DNA of 64,000 bases from Candidatus Eiseniibacteriota bacterium (GCA_963703225.1 OY969801.1:1248001-1312000), one strand, 5' to 3'; positions 1-9,498 are shown, counted from the first letter of the stretch. Made by a program: numbers and translations. The notes: a model not told the origin generated them from the letters alone.

Positions 1-2
1 TC

Positions 3-413
3 ATCGAGGCCACGGGGGAGGCGGCGTTTCGAGAATTGGAGAGCGCGTCGCTCCGGGAGACGCTCGAGGGAGAGGGTCGCGCGCCGGGCCTCGTGCTGGC
101 CTGCGGCGCCGGTGCGCTGGGGCGGGAGGAGAATCGCCTTCGCCTCCGCCAGAATGCCTTCACGGTCTGGCTCTCGGTCAGCCCGGAAGCGGCGGCCCGC
201 CGGCTCGGGGGTCTTGAGACCGCCAAGCGCCCGCTCCTGGGCGGCGGATTGACCGAGAGCCGCCTGAGCGATCTGCTGAGAGAACGGCGCGCGCTCTATC
301 AAGCCGCGGCGGACGCGACGATCGAGACCGACTCGCGCACGCCGGCGGAGGTGGCCGTGGCCATCCAAGCCCAGTGGGAAAGGCGGGCGAATTGGGGACC
401 GTCCGGATCGTAG
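3..413 (+). CDS. aroK: Shikimate kinase, 5'-truncated by the window edge
   Basis: Frame reads IEATGEAAFRELE...ACGAG...TVWL...RPLL...RRALYQAAAD, typical shikimate kinase motifs. Confidence 0.85.
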   Translation: MEATGEAAFRELESASLRETLEGEGRAPGLVLACGAGALGREENRLRLRQNAFTVWLSVSPEAAARRLGGLETAKRPLLGGGLTESRLSDLLRERRALYQAAADATIETDSRTPAEVAVAIQAQWERRANWGPSGS

Positions 414-979
414 GGGGGGACCTCAGGGGACGGCGCCTTCGCGTTCCCGACCGGGGTGTCCGTCCGACGTCGGAGCGAACGCGGGAGGCGGTCTTCGACA
501 TCCTGGGAACCGAGCGGGTGAAAGGGGCGATGGTCCTCGAGCTTTTCGCCGGGACGGGTGCGCTCGGCATCGAGGCCTTGAGCCGAGGGGCCGAGACCGT
601 CGACTTCGTCGAGGGAAACGCGGCTGTCGCCCGGCGGCTGACCGAGAACCTGGAAGCCCTCGGGTTGGGCGCGCGCGGGCGGGTGCGCGTGGCCCGTCTG
701 GGTCGCGCGTCCCTTCCGCCTGGGCTTCTGGGGCCTTGGGGGCTCGTCTTCCTCGACCCGCCGTATGATGGTGACGCGGGCCCTCGATGGATCCGCGCCC
801 TCGGAGAAGGGGCCGCCCTGGATCCGGACGCGCTGGTAGTCTACGAGTGTCGGAAGGGAACGGGAGTGCCGAGATCCGAGGCGCTCACCCTCGCGACCGA
901 ACGGACCTACGGCGACACCACGGTCGCCATCTACCGCGCGAGCCGCCCTGTGGGCACCGCGCCTGGAGGAGGAGCATGA
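392..979 (+). CDS. rsmD: 16S rRNA (guanine966-N2)-methyltransferase
   Basis: RIVGGDLRGRRL, RPTSERTREAVF, LELFAGTGALGIEALSRGA, FLDPPY. TTG at 392 or GTG at 374 as start. Confidence 0.92.
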   Translation: MGTVRIVGGDLRGRRLRVPDRGVRPTSERTREAVFDILGTERVKGAMVLELFAGTGALGIEALSRGAETVDFVEGNAAVARRLTENLEALGLGARGRVRVARLGRASLPPGLLGPWGLVFLDPPYDGDAGPRWIRALGEGAALDPDALVVYECRKGTGVPRSEALTLATERTYGDTTVAIYRASRPVGTAPGGGA

Positions 980-1461
980 AAAGCGCCGTATTCGCCGGCA
1001 CGTTCGATCCGGTGACGAACGGGCACCTCGATTTGGCCCGCCGCGCGCTGCGGGTCGTCGACGAGCTCACGGTGGCGGTCGCGGACCGGCCGGAGAAGGG
1101 GGTGCTCTTTTCTCAGGAGGATCGGGTCGCGATGATCCGCGAGGCGCTGGGGTCGGAACCGAACCTGACCGTGGAGCCGTTCACTGGCCTTCTCGTGGAC
1201 TACGCCAAGAAACGGGGAATCGGCATCATCATCCGGGGACTTCGCTTCATCTCCGACTTCGAGTACGAGTTCCAGATGGCGCTCATGAATCGGAGGTTGA
1301 ATCCCGACATCGAAACCCTGTTCCTCATGCCGAGCGAAACCTACACGTACGTGAATTCGACGCTCGTGAAGGAGATCGCGCGCCACGGCGGAAACGTCGA
1401 ATCCTTCGTGCCCCCCCGCGTCGCCAAGAGTCTCAAGTCCGCCTTCGGCCTCAAGCGCTGA
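976..1461 (+). CDS. coaD: Phosphopantetheine adenylyltransferase
   Basis: AVFAGTFDPVTNGHLD, RGLRFISDFEYEFQMALMNR; GGAGGA SD and ATGA overlap with rsmD stop. Confidence 0.97.
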   Translation: MKSAVFAGTFDPVTNGHLDLARRALRVVDELTVAVADRPEKGVLFSQEDRVAMIREALGSEPNLTVEPFTGLLVDYAKKRGIGIIIRGLRFISDFEYEFQMALMNRRLNPDIETLFLMPSETYTYVNSTLVKEIARHGGNVESFVPPRVAKSLKSAFGLKR

Positions 1462-1469
1462 TCGACCCC

Positions 1470-1769
1470 ATGCCGACCTACGAGTACGAATGCCTCAAGT
1501 GCGGGAATCGGTTCGAGGTCTTCCAGCGGATGACAGACCCGCCCCGAAAGCGCTGCCCCAAGTGCAAAGGGAAGGTCCGACGCCTCGTTGGATCGGGGGC
1601 CGGCATGATCTTCAAGGGGACCGGCTTCTACGCGACCGACTATCGCTCCGAGTCGTATAAGAGTCAGAAGAAGAAGGAGTCAGGGGAGACCCCTAAGACA
1701 AAGGATGAATCGAAGCCGAAGGCCAAGCCGAAGACCGAAACCACCGGGGGCGACGGCAAATCCGTTTGA
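1470..1769 (+). CDS. FmdB-family zinc-ribbon protein
   Basis: MPTYEYECxxC...CPxC...FKGTGFYATDY followed by a Lys-rich tail. Confidence 0.9.
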   Translation: MPTYEYECLKCGNRFEVFQRMTDPPRKRCPKCKGKVRRLVGSGAGMIFKGTGFYATDYRSESYKSQKKKESGETPKTKDESKPKAKPKTETTGGDGKSV

Positions 1770-1795
1770 CTCAACAAGGTTGCCTCTGTTAGCGT
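1766..1795 (+). promoter_or_regulatory. Sigma70-type promoter for icd-obgE
   Basis: TTGACT (1766-1771), 18-nt spacer, extended -10 TGnTAGCGT (1787-1795). Confidence 0.55.
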
Positions 1796-1905
1796 GCGGC
1801 CCGTCGTGGCAGGCGCGCTCCATCTCCGCCCCGGCCGATTGAGGCCAACCCCCTCAAGTGTTTTATCAATAACCAATTAATCGTAATGGCTAACCCAAAA
1901 CCAGA

Positions 1906-2994
1906 ATGAATTCGACCGTCCATCGCGTCACTCTCATTCCCGGGGATGGCACCGGCCCCGAGATCACCGTCGCGACGCGCCGAGTGCTGGAAGCGACCGG
2001 CGTCCGTTTCGACTGGGACATCCAGGAGGCGGGGACCGCGGTCCACGAGCGCGAGGGGACGCCGCTTCCCCAGCGCGTGCTCGATTCGCTCCGCAAGAAC
2101 AAGGTCGGCCTCAAGGGTCCGATCACCACGCCCGTCGGCTCCGGATTCAGGAGCGTCAACGTCGCGCTCCGCAAGGAGCTCGATCTCTACGCGTGCGAAC
2201 GCCCCTGCAAGTCCTATCCGGGCGTTCGGTCCCGTTACGAGAAGATCGACCTCGTCATCGTCCGGGAGAATACGGAGGATCTCTACGCCGGGATCGAGTT
2301 TCACGTCGGGAGCTCCGGGATGAAGGCGCTCCGCGAGCTCGTGCTCCGCGAGACGAAGCGGGAGATCAAAGAGGACGCGGGCGTCTCGATCAAGCCGATC
2401 AGCGTCTCGGGGACGGAGCGAATCGTCCGCCATGCGTTTCGATACGCCAACGCCAACCGTCGGAAGAGCGTCACGGCCGTCCACAAGGCCAACATCATGA
2501 AGGACACGGACGGGCTCTTTCTGGAAACCGCCCGGCGCGTGGCGGGGGAGTTCCCGGAAGTCGCCTTCAATGACCGCATCGTCGACAACATGTGCATGCA
2601 GCTCGTGCAGGTGCCCGAGGACTACGACGTGCTCGTCCTCCCCAATCTCTACGGCGACATCCTTTCCGATCTGGCCGCGGGCCTGGTCGGGGGACTGGGG
2701 GTTGCCCCGGGCGCCAACATCGGGGACACGGCCGCGCTCTTCGAGCCCACCCACGGCAGCGCGCCCAAGTACGCGGGAAAGGATCGGGTCAACCCTCTCG
2801 CCATGATTCTGAGCGGGATGCTGATGCTCCGCCATCTGGGGGAGATGGACGCCTCGAACCGCCTCGAGCGGGCGATCGCCAAGGTGATCCGCGAGGGCAC
2901 CAAGGTCACGTACGACATGAAGCCTCGCCGCGACGATCCCACGGCCGTGGGCACTCAGGCCGCAGCGGACGCCGTCATCGAGGCGATGGGGTAA
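1906..2994 (+). CDS. icd: Isocitrate/isopropylmalate dehydrogenase family, likely NAD-type isocitrate dehydrogenase
   Basis: [64 protein letters not shown]. Confidence 0.85.
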   Translation: MNSTVHRVTLIPGDGTGPEITVATRRVLEATGVRFDWDIQEAGTAVHEREGTPLPQRVLDSLRKNKVGLKGPITTPVGSGFRSVNVALRKELDLYACERPCKSYPGVRSRYEKIDLVIVRENTEDLYAGIEFHVGSSGMKALRELVLRETKREIKEDAGVSIKPISVSGTERIVRHAFRYANANRRKSVTAVHKANIMKDTDGLFLETARRVAGEFPEVAFNDRIVDNMCMQLVQVPEDYDVLVLPNLYGDILSDLAAGLVGGLGVAPGANIGDTAALFEPTHGSAPKYAGKDRVNPLAMILSGMLMLRHLGEMDASNRLERAIAKVIREGTKVTYDMKPRRDDPTAVGTQAAADAVIEAMG

Positions 2995-3000
2995 CAGCCG

Positions 3001-4044
3001 ATGCCGATTTTCGCGGACCGCGCGTCGATTCACGTTATCGGCGGCCGCGGAGGGAGCGGCTGCGTCAGCTTCCGGCGGGAGAAATACGTTCCCAAGGGGG
3101 GCCCTGACGGAGGGGACGGAGGGGACGGCGGGAGCGTCATCCTGACCGTGAACGAGCACCTCCGCACGCTGCTCGACTTTCAGTCGCGGACGCTTTTCCG
3201 GGCGCCGGCGGGCGCGCACGGGTCGGGGAACCAGCGCAGCGGGAAGGGCGGCGACGATCTTCTCGTCCCGGTCCCTCGCGGGACGCTCGTGATCGACGAG
3301 GAGACCGAGGCGACGCTGGCCGATCTCGTCGACCCAGAGGCGACGCTCGTGGCGGCCCAGGGCGGCCTCGGCGGGCGAGGGAACGCGCGGTTCGCCACGT
3401 CGACGAACCAGGCGCCGCGGAAGGCCGAGCCCGGAACGGCCGGCGAAGATCGGCGGGTTCGCCTGGAGCTGCGGCTGATCGCCGATGTCGGGCTCGTCGG
3501 GCTGCCGAACGTGGGGAAGTCGACGCTCTTGTCGCGGCTGAGCGCGGCGCGGCCGAAGATCGCCGACTACCCGTTCACGACGCTGGAGCCCCACCTTGGC
3601 CTGGTGCGGATCGAAGCGGAGCGGAGCTTCGTGCTCGCGGATCTGCCGGGGTTGATCGAAGGGGCGCACGCCGGAAAGGGGCTGGGCCACGAGTTCCTCC
3701 GGCACGTGTGGCGGACGCGGATCCTGGTCGTGCTCATCGACAGCGTTTCCGACGACCCGGCCCGCGACTATGAAATTCTCAGGGGAGAGCTCCGCCAGTA
3801 CAACGAGGAGCTCGCGAAGAAGCCGACGGTCGTCGTCCTGAGCCGGTGTGACTTGGCTGCGGGGGAGGAGGCCGCGCCATTTCAGCTCGGTGGGGCGAGG
3901 TGGGGGGGCCGGATCTCGGGGGTGACCGGCGAAGGAACGAAGGTTCTCTTGGAGTTGATTTGGACTATGCTCATGGAGTCGGGTGGCGCCGGACGGGAGG
4001 CGCGCCCGTGGGACGGCGATCAGGTCGCCGACATCAAGGAGTGA
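3001..4044 (+). CDS. obgE: GTPase ObgE/CgtA
   Basis: FRREKYVPKGGPDGGDGG, GLVGLPNVGKSTLL, IADYPFTTLEPHLG, DLPGLIEGA. Confidence 0.97.
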   Translation: MPIFADRASIHVIGGRGGSGCVSFRREKYVPKGGPDGGDGGDGGSVILTVNEHLRTLLDFQSRTLFRAPAGAHGSGNQRSGKGGDDLLVPVPRGTLVIDEETEATLADLVDPEATLVAAQGGLGGRGNARFATSTNQAPRKAEPGTAGEDRRVRLELRLIADVGLVGLPNVGKSTLLSRLSAARPKIADYPFTTLEPHLGLVRIEAERSFVLADLPGLIEGAHAGKGLGHEFLRHVWRTRILVVLIDSVSDDPARDYEILRGELRQYNEELAKKPTVVVLSRCDLAAGEEAAPFQLGGARWGGRISGVTGEGTKVLLELIWTMLMESGGAGREARPWDGDQVADIKE

Positions 4045-4048
4045 CCGA

Positions 4049-4669
4049 GTGATCCCCAAGGATGCGGCCCGGCTGTGGGAAGAGTTGCGGCACCGGGAGC
4101 CTGAAGAAAAGCTGGAGTGGATCCGGGAGTTGGCGCGCAACCCAACGCCCGACTCGATCGAGATCCTGCTCGACGTCCTGAAGCAGGAGAGCTGGTTCCT
4201 CCGGGACCAGGCGGCTCGGGCCCTGGCGACGCTCGGCGAGGTGGTCTTCGATCCCCTCGTCGAGTACTTGGGTTCGGGCCTGTGGTACACGCGCACCGCG
4301 TCCGCGTCCGCGCTGGGAAAAATGGGATTGCCCGCCGCGGCGAGGCCCTTGACCCAGTTGCTGCGCGATCCAAACCGGACCGTTCGGGATGCGGCGCGCG
4401 ACGCGCTCGTTCTCCTCTGCGGAAGCGACGTGGGGTGCTTTGAAGTCGCGGTTGCGTTTCATGCGCTCCCGGAGCGCGCCCGCCGGTTCGCCGTCGATGG
4501 CCTGGCCACGCGCGACCCCGAGGCTGCCGATCGCGTCGCGCGGCTCTTGCACGACCCGGCGCTGTCGAGTGCCGCCGACCAGCGCCATCTGGCCCGCGCG
4601 GTGAACGAGGTCGGCTTCCGCTGGGAGGACGTGGTGGGAGGGGACGAGGCCGACTCGGAGTCCGGCTGA
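4049..4669 (+). CDS. HEAT-repeat protein
   Basis: Repeats of WFLRDQAARALATLG / WYTRTASASALGKMG / LRDPNRTVRDAARDAL; GTG start after AAGGAG. Confidence 0.75.
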   Translation: MIPKDAARLWEELRHREPEEKLEWIRELARNPTPDSIEILLDVLKQESWFLRDQAARALATLGEVVFDPLVEYLGSGLWYTRTASASALGKMGLPAAARPLTQLLRDPNRTVRDAARDALVLLCGSDVGCFEVAVAFHALPERARRFAVDGLATRDPEAADRVARLLHDPALSSAADQRHLARAVNEVGFRWEDVVGGDEADSESG

Positions 4670-4697
4670 ACGCTTCGGGGCGGGACGTGGGGGTGGG

Positions 4698-5621
4698 GTG
4701 GAGGAGGGAATTCCAGGACCGGTGGCGCGCGCGGTCGGGCGCGCCGTCTCCATTGACGATCCGTCCTACCCCGCCGGCCTGCGCTCCCTGCCCGGCGCTC
4801 CCCCGGTGGTCTTCCTCGAGGGGAGCTGGCTCCTGCGATCCCGCTGCGTCGCGTTGGTCGGTGCGCGCGACGCGACCGACGATGGGATCGATGTCGCGCG
4901 GGATCTTGCCAGGTCGCTGGCCGAAGCAGGCGTCGCGGTCGTGAGCGGCCTGGCTCGCGGCATCGACGCCGCGGCGCACCGCGGCGCGCTCGACGCCGGC
5001 GGCCAAAGCGGTGCCGTGCTCGGAACGCCCCTCGATCGGTGTTACCCGGCGGAGCATCGCGCCCTGCAGCAAGAGCTCGCCGGCTCGCTCGGTCTCTTGA
5101 GCGAGCATCCTCCCGGCTCTCCCGCCACCGCGCGCACGTTTGCCTCGCGCAATCGGCTGCTCGCCGCCATCGCGGACGCGGTCGTCGTCGTCCAGGGTGG
5201 GGAGCAAAGCGGTGCGCTTCTCACGGCGGAGGCGGCGCGGCGGTTGGGAAGACCCGTGGGGGCGGTCCCCTGGGACAGCCGTGATCCGCTGGGAGCAGCG
5301 CCTCACGCGCTCATCCGGTCGGGCGCGGCGACGCTCGTCCGCGGTGGCCAGGACATTCTGGATCTCGTCGGAATCGGTTCCATCCCTTCCCTCGGAGCGG
5401 CCCGTCGTCGCCCGCTTCCATCGGCCCCGCGATCGGCCATGGGCGAGCAGGAGGAGCGGCTCCTGCGTGCGCTTCGAGAACGGCCGCGGCCGCTCGAGAC
5501 GGCGGCGAGAGAGGCGGAGCTGACCATCGCCGAGGCGAGCGCCGCGCTGGTCCTCCTCGAGATCCTGGGGCGCGCCCGCCGAGATCCTGGCGGCGCGGTG
5601 CGCCGCGTCGGGCGGCTCTGA
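4698..5621 (+). CDS. dprA: DNA-protecting protein DprA/Smf
   Basis: YPAGLR..PGAP, VALVGAR, VVSGLARGIDAAAHRGAL, FASRNRL, SGALLTA. Confidence 0.93.
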   Translation: MEEGIPGPVARAVGRAVSIDDPSYPAGLRSLPGAPPVVFLEGSWLLRSRCVALVGARDATDDGIDVARDLARSLAEAGVAVVSGLARGIDAAAHRGALDAGGQSGAVLGTPLDRCYPAEHRALQQELAGSLGLLSEHPPGSPATARTFASRNRLLAAIADAVVVVQGGEQSGALLTAEAARRLGRPVGAVPWDSRDPLGAAPHALIRSGAATLVRGGQDILDLVGIGSIPSLGAARRRPLPSAPRSAMGEQEERLLRALRERPRPLETAAREAELTIAEASAALVLLEILGRARRDPGGAVRRVGRL

Positions 5622-5622
5622 G

Positions 5623-6567
5623 ATGGGTCGAAGCCCGCTCCGCCCGCTTCGGCAGCGCCTCGAGGCCGGCTCGCTCCGGGCGCTCGGCTCGCTCGCGCGC
5701 GCACTCCCGTTTGAGCAGGCGAGCGATCTGGGCGCGGCGCTCGGGATCGCGGCCTACCGCCTCCTCGGCCGCCGCCGTCGGATCGCCACGGAAAACGTGG
5801 AGCGCGTGCTCGGGTCCAATCCCGACGGAATGACGCCCGACTCGTTGGTGCGCCGCGCCTTCTCGCAGCTCGGCCGGACCTTCGTCGAGTTCCTGGCCCT
5901 TCCCTCGCGGCGCCCCGAAGATCTGTTGGCCCGGATCGAATTCGAGGGTTTCGAGCCGATCGAGTCTTTGGCGCGCGCCCGGAAGGGCGCCGTGCTCGTG
6001 ACGGGGCACTTTGGAAACTGGGAGTTGTTCGGCGCGGCCGCCGGCGCCCGGTACGCGCCGATGAAGTACCTCCTGCCGCGCCAGACCAATCCCTGGAGCG
6101 ACGCCTACCTGAACGACGTCCGACGTCGCGTCGGGGTCGAACCGTTCATGATCGAGACCGACATGAGGGCCGCGATGCGCGCGCTCAAGGCCGGATCGTT
6201 TCTGGGGATGCTGCCCGACCAGGACGCCCGTCGCGCGGGGATCCACGTGCCCTTCTTCGATCGGCCCGCCTCGACCCACGCGGGGCCCGCGCGGCTGGCG
6301 CTCGCCGCGAACGTCCCGCTCTTGGTCGGCGTGCTCGAGCGCGCGGGGCGGGGGAGGTTTCGGGCGAGGCTCCTCGCGCTGCTCGTGCCGGATCCCTCGC
6401 GCGAGAGGGAATCCGAGGTTTTCCGCCTGACGGCGGAGATGACGCGCGCGCTCGAGGGGGCGATCCGGGCGCGCCCGGATCATTGGTATTGGATCCACCG
6501 GCGATGGAAGACGCCACCCAATGAAGGGCCGCGGGTGGAAGCGGAATCCACCCTGCTCAGGAAGTGA
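5623..6567 (+). CDS. Lipid A biosynthesis acyltransferase (LpxL/HtrB family)
   Basis: TGHFGNWE, LPDQD, VPFFDRPA, PDHWYWIHRRWK. Confidence 0.88.
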   Translation: MGRSPLRPLRQRLEAGSLRALGSLARALPFEQASDLGAALGIAAYRLLGRRRRIATENVERVLGSNPDGMTPDSLVRRAFSQLGRTFVEFLALPSRRPEDLLARIEFEGFEPIESLARARKGAVLVTGHFGNWELFGAAAGARYAPMKYLLPRQTNPWSDAYLNDVRRRVGVEPFMIETDMRAAMRALKAGSFLGMLPDQDARRAGIHVPFFDRPASTHAGPARLALAANVPLLVGVLERAGRGRFRARLLALLVPDPSRERESEVFRLTAEMTRALEGAIRARPDHWYWIHRRWKTPPNEGPRVEAESTLLRK

Positions 6568-6865
6568 AGCCGATCTCCTTGTTCGATTGCCCTTCGGCCA
6601 GCGTCCGGATCTTGCCGAACTGCTCCTCGTATTTCTTGATATTCGTCTCCAGCGCGCTGAGCAGGGCCCGAACGTTGGGCGGGGTCATCACGATCCGGGC
6701 AAAGACCTTGCTCTTCGGGGTGCCCGGGAGAATCCGAGCGAAGTCGAGCACGAACTCGGAGAGGGAGTGGCTGATGACCACGAAATTCGAGTAGATACCC
6801 TCCGCCTCTTTCTCCCCGATCTCCATGTTGATCTGCGGGCCTTCTGCTTGGCGCTTCGCCTCCAT
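6557..6865 (-). CDS. DUF3467-like conserved protein
   Basis: EAEGIYSNFVVISHSLSEFVLDF...RIVMTP...NIKKYEEQFGKI; GGAGG SD before ATG 6865. Confidence 0.8.
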   Translation of the reverse strand: MEAKRQAEGPQINMEIGEKEAEGIYSNFVVISHSLSEFVLDFARILPGTPKSKVFARIVMTPPNVRALLSALETNIKKYEEQFGKIRTLAEGQSNKEIGFTS

Positions 6866-7000
6866 CCGTAAGCCTCCTCTTTTCAATTATTTATCGGCCG
6901 ACTCCCGCCTCAAGATAGGACCGCCGGTGCCGTTAATCAACCTGAGTATTGTGACAAGGGGGCGTTCCTGTCTCCGGGTGGCACCGACGGGAGGGGCCGA

Positions 7001-9214
7001 ATGGGCATCAAGAAATCGTCGGGCACCGCAAGGCTGGAGGAGCAGGTCGTCCTCGCCTGGAAGCGCTTCGCCACCCGTCGGATCGGCTCGGCCGACCGGG
7101 CCGCCGAGGGCACCTGCTATCTCGAATCGAGGCCTTGCCCGTTCGAGTCCCGTCCCGACTTCGAATCCCGCTTCACCAAGGACTGCGTCCACTGCGCCCG
7201 CATGCAGGGTGCCGTGGAGCGAATCGGGGCGGTGCCCGCGGGTACCTCGGGCGCTTTGCCGACCCTCGAGCTCCTGCTCCGGCTCCTCGAAGAGGAGGGG
7301 CATGGGGGCTCCGAGGTGGTGGCCGAGGAAGAGGACGGTCGTTATCGGGCGGCGGCGCTCCTCCTCCGTTCGCTCCCGCTGCTGCACGCTTCCACCCACC
7401 CGCTTCGGACGGCCCACATCCTCCTCGCGGCCATCGCTGGCGCCTTCAACGAGGTGATCGACTCGGTCCTCTTCTTCGAGGTCATCCCAGAGTCCGGAGC
7501 GCTTGGTCTCGAGGCTTCCTTCCGCCGCTCCGACCTCGACGTCGGTGTGGCGCCCGAGGGATTCCTGGATGTCGAGGCGCTGGAGGCAGCGGGCGCGTTC
7601 GACGGCTCCGTCTTCGATCGGCTTCGTGCCGCCGCGATCCCGCTCGACCAGGATCGGGACTTGCTTGCGGACGCCGTCTACGACGGCCGGACCGCGGTGG
7701 TGCCCCTTCCCGGGCGCGAGCTCAGGCTTCCGACCATTCTCGTGGAGCACCTTCCGGATGCCCCTGCGGCGATCCTCCCGGTTTTCGGACGCGAGCGGGT
7801 CCGCGGGCTCCTCGTCCTCTCGGCGGCGCCGGGCATCGCCGGATGGACGTCGGATCAGATGGAGCTTCTGAGCGCCGTGGCCTCGCAGGCAGGGATCGCG
7901 CTCGAAGCGTCCGGGCTTCTCGACCTCGCGCGTCGCCGGGGCTCCGGTATCCGCGCGCTGATCGAGTTCGCGGCCCAGGCTCTCAAGGCGGGCACCCCCG
8001 AGCCGTGGCCCGAGGCGACGCTCCACGCGCTTCTGACCGCCGCGGAGGGGGACATCGGCGTGGCCTGGTGGCGCGGCGGGGACGAGGCATTCTCCGTCGT
8101 CGCGGCGCAGGGTGACCCCGGCGCCGGAGAACGCGACCTGAACGAGGTGGGAGAAGGGATCAGCCACTGGTTCGACGCCGACGCGCGGCCGATCATCATC
8201 GAGGACATTCGCTCCGATCCGAGACTTCCCGGAACCCTCCCCGAGGAGTGGGGATCGGCGCTCGCGGTCCCGCTCCGATCGGATGGCGCGCTCCGCGGCG
8301 CGGTCCTGCTCGTGCGCCGCAGCGGTGGCGAGGTGGCCCCGGTCGAGCCCTTCGACGGCGAGGACGCGCAGGTGGCGGCGATGGCGGCCGCGATCGCGAC
8401 CCTCGCGGCGCTCAAGGACGGTTCGGAGGAAGCATCCTCTCTCGCGGGGCGGCGCGTCCAGGAACTGGAGGCCCAGCTTCGGCACGCCGAGAAGCTCGCG
8501 GTGGTCGGCGAGCGAGGGATCCAGGTGGCGCAGGAGATCCGCAATCCGATCGCGGCGATCACCGGATTCGCCCGCCGAGTGCTTCGGAGCGTGGGTCCCG
8601 ACGATCCGAATCGCGAATTCTTGGAAATCATTCTGCGCGAGACCGAACGCCTCGAGCGGATCCTGACCGAGCAGGTCTCGCTGGCGCAGATGACGCGCCC
8701 GAGGCTCAAGCTCCAGAGCCTGAACACGCTCGTCCAGGAAGTGCTCGAGACCCAATCCGAAGAGCTGGTCAAGAGACGGATCCGACTCCTCAAGCGACTC
8801 TCGCCGGACGTGCCGAGCCTCCTGATCGACAACGAGAAGATGCGCCAGGTGCTCGTGAACGTTCTCCAGTACGCGCTCCATCAGGTTCCGAGCGGCGGAC
8901 GGGTTCGCGTGGAGACCCGCAGTGGCGCGGGGCACGTGCAGGCCGAGGTGGCACACGACGGTCCCAAGACACCCGGTGAGAGCCTCGACCGGCTCTTCGT
9001 TCCGTTCTCGGCGACCCGCCGCTACGGCGCGGGAGTGGGGCTCGCGGTCGCGTACCAGATCGTGCGGGAGCACGGCGGCGAGATCCGCGCGCGGAGCGAA
9101 GGGGATTGGAGCAGCATCGTCACGATCTACCTGCCGGTCCGCGAGAACCACGACCGGCGCGGCAAGCCCGACCGCAGGGGCGGCCGAAACGACCGGCGGC
9201 GCCGCCTGGCCTAG
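7001..9214 (+). CDS. Cytoplasmic GAF-domain histidine-kinase-like protein with degenerate catalytic motifs (probable pseudokinase)
   Basis: Two GAF-like segments; HisKA-like AQEIRNPIAAITGFA; HATPase-like LFVPFSAT..GAGVGLAVAYQIVREHGG; H-, N- and G1-box residues replaced. Confidence 0.85.
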   Translation: MGIKKSSGTARLEEQVVLAWKRFATRRIGSADRAAEGTCYLESRPCPFESRPDFESRFTKDCVHCARMQGAVERIGAVPAGTSGALPTLELLLRLLEEEGHGGSEVVAEEEDGRYRAAALLLRSLPLLHASTHPLRTAHILLAAIAGAFNEVIDSVLFFEVIPESGALGLEASFRRSDLDVGVAPEGFLDVEALEAAGAFDGSVFDRLRAAAIPLDQDRDLLADAVYDGRTAVVPLPGRELRLPTILVEHLPDAPAAILPVFGRERVRGLLVLSAAPGIAGWTSDQMELLSAVASQAGIALEASGLLDLARRRGSGIRALIEFAAQALKAGTPEPWPEATLHALLTAAEGDIGVAWWRGGDEAFSVVAAQGDPGAGERDLNEVGEGISHWFDADARPIIIEDIRSDPRLPGTLPEEWGSALAVPLRSDGALRGAVLLVRRSGGEVAPVEPFDGEDAQVAAMAAAIATLAALKDGSEEASSLAGRRVQELEAQLRHAEKLAVVGERGIQVAQEIRNPIAAITGFARRVLRSVGPDDPNREFLEIILRETERLERILTEQVSLAQMTRPRLKLQSLNTLVQEVLETQSEELVKRRIRLLKRLSPDVPSLLIDNEKMRQVLVNVLQYALHQVPSGGRVRVETRSGAGHVQAEVAHDGPKTPGESLDRLFVPFSATRRYGAGVGLAVAYQIVREHGGEIRARSEGDWSSIVTIYLPVRENHDRRGKPDRRGGRNDRRRRLA

Positions 9215-9217
9215 CGT

Positions 9218-9247
9218 TTGACCCCGAACGCACTGGCGTGATAGCCT
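9218..9247 (+). promoter_or_regulatory. Sigma70-type promoter of the tRNA pair
   Basis: TTGACC (9218-9223), 18-nt spacer, TGaTAGCCT (9239-9247), 11 nt before tRNA-Phe. Confidence 0.65.
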
Positions 9248-9258
9248 TTCCGACCGGC

Positions 9259-9334
9259 GCGACCCTAGCTCAGTTGGTAGAGCACCACACTGAAAATGTG
9301 GGTGTCCGCAGTTCGATTCTGCGGGGTCGCACCA
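9259..9334 (+). tRNA. tRNA-Phe (GAA)
   Basis: 76 nt; acceptor GCGACCC/GGGTCGC, anticodon arm CCACA-CTGAAAA-TGTGG, GTTCGA T-loop, ACCA end. Confidence 0.97.
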
Positions 9335-9384
9335 CTTTTATTCTCGGCTCTCCCCCCGCGACATCCGGGGTTCTTGCTTCGCGA

Positions 9385-9460
9385 GCTGGTGTAGCTCAGC
9401 TGGTAGAGCAACGCACTCGTAATGCGTAGGTCAGCGGTTCGATTCCGCTCACCAGCTCCA
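9385..9460 (+). tRNA. tRNA-Thr (CGT)
   Basis: 76 nt; acceptor GCTGGTG/CACCAGC, anticodon arm ACGCA-CTCGTAA-TGCGT, TCCA end. Confidence 0.97.
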
Positions 9461-9498
9461 CTCATGGGACGGCCGGTCCCGCCGAACGGCCCAACGAT

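Noticed and set aside
1789..4296. Long antisense ORFs (this 835-aa one; also 6887-9151, 27176-29083, 43362-44966, 59621-61312 and others)
   Set aside because: They shadow well-supported genes on the other strand, have Arg/Pro/Ala-rich composition and no motifs; expected at high GC
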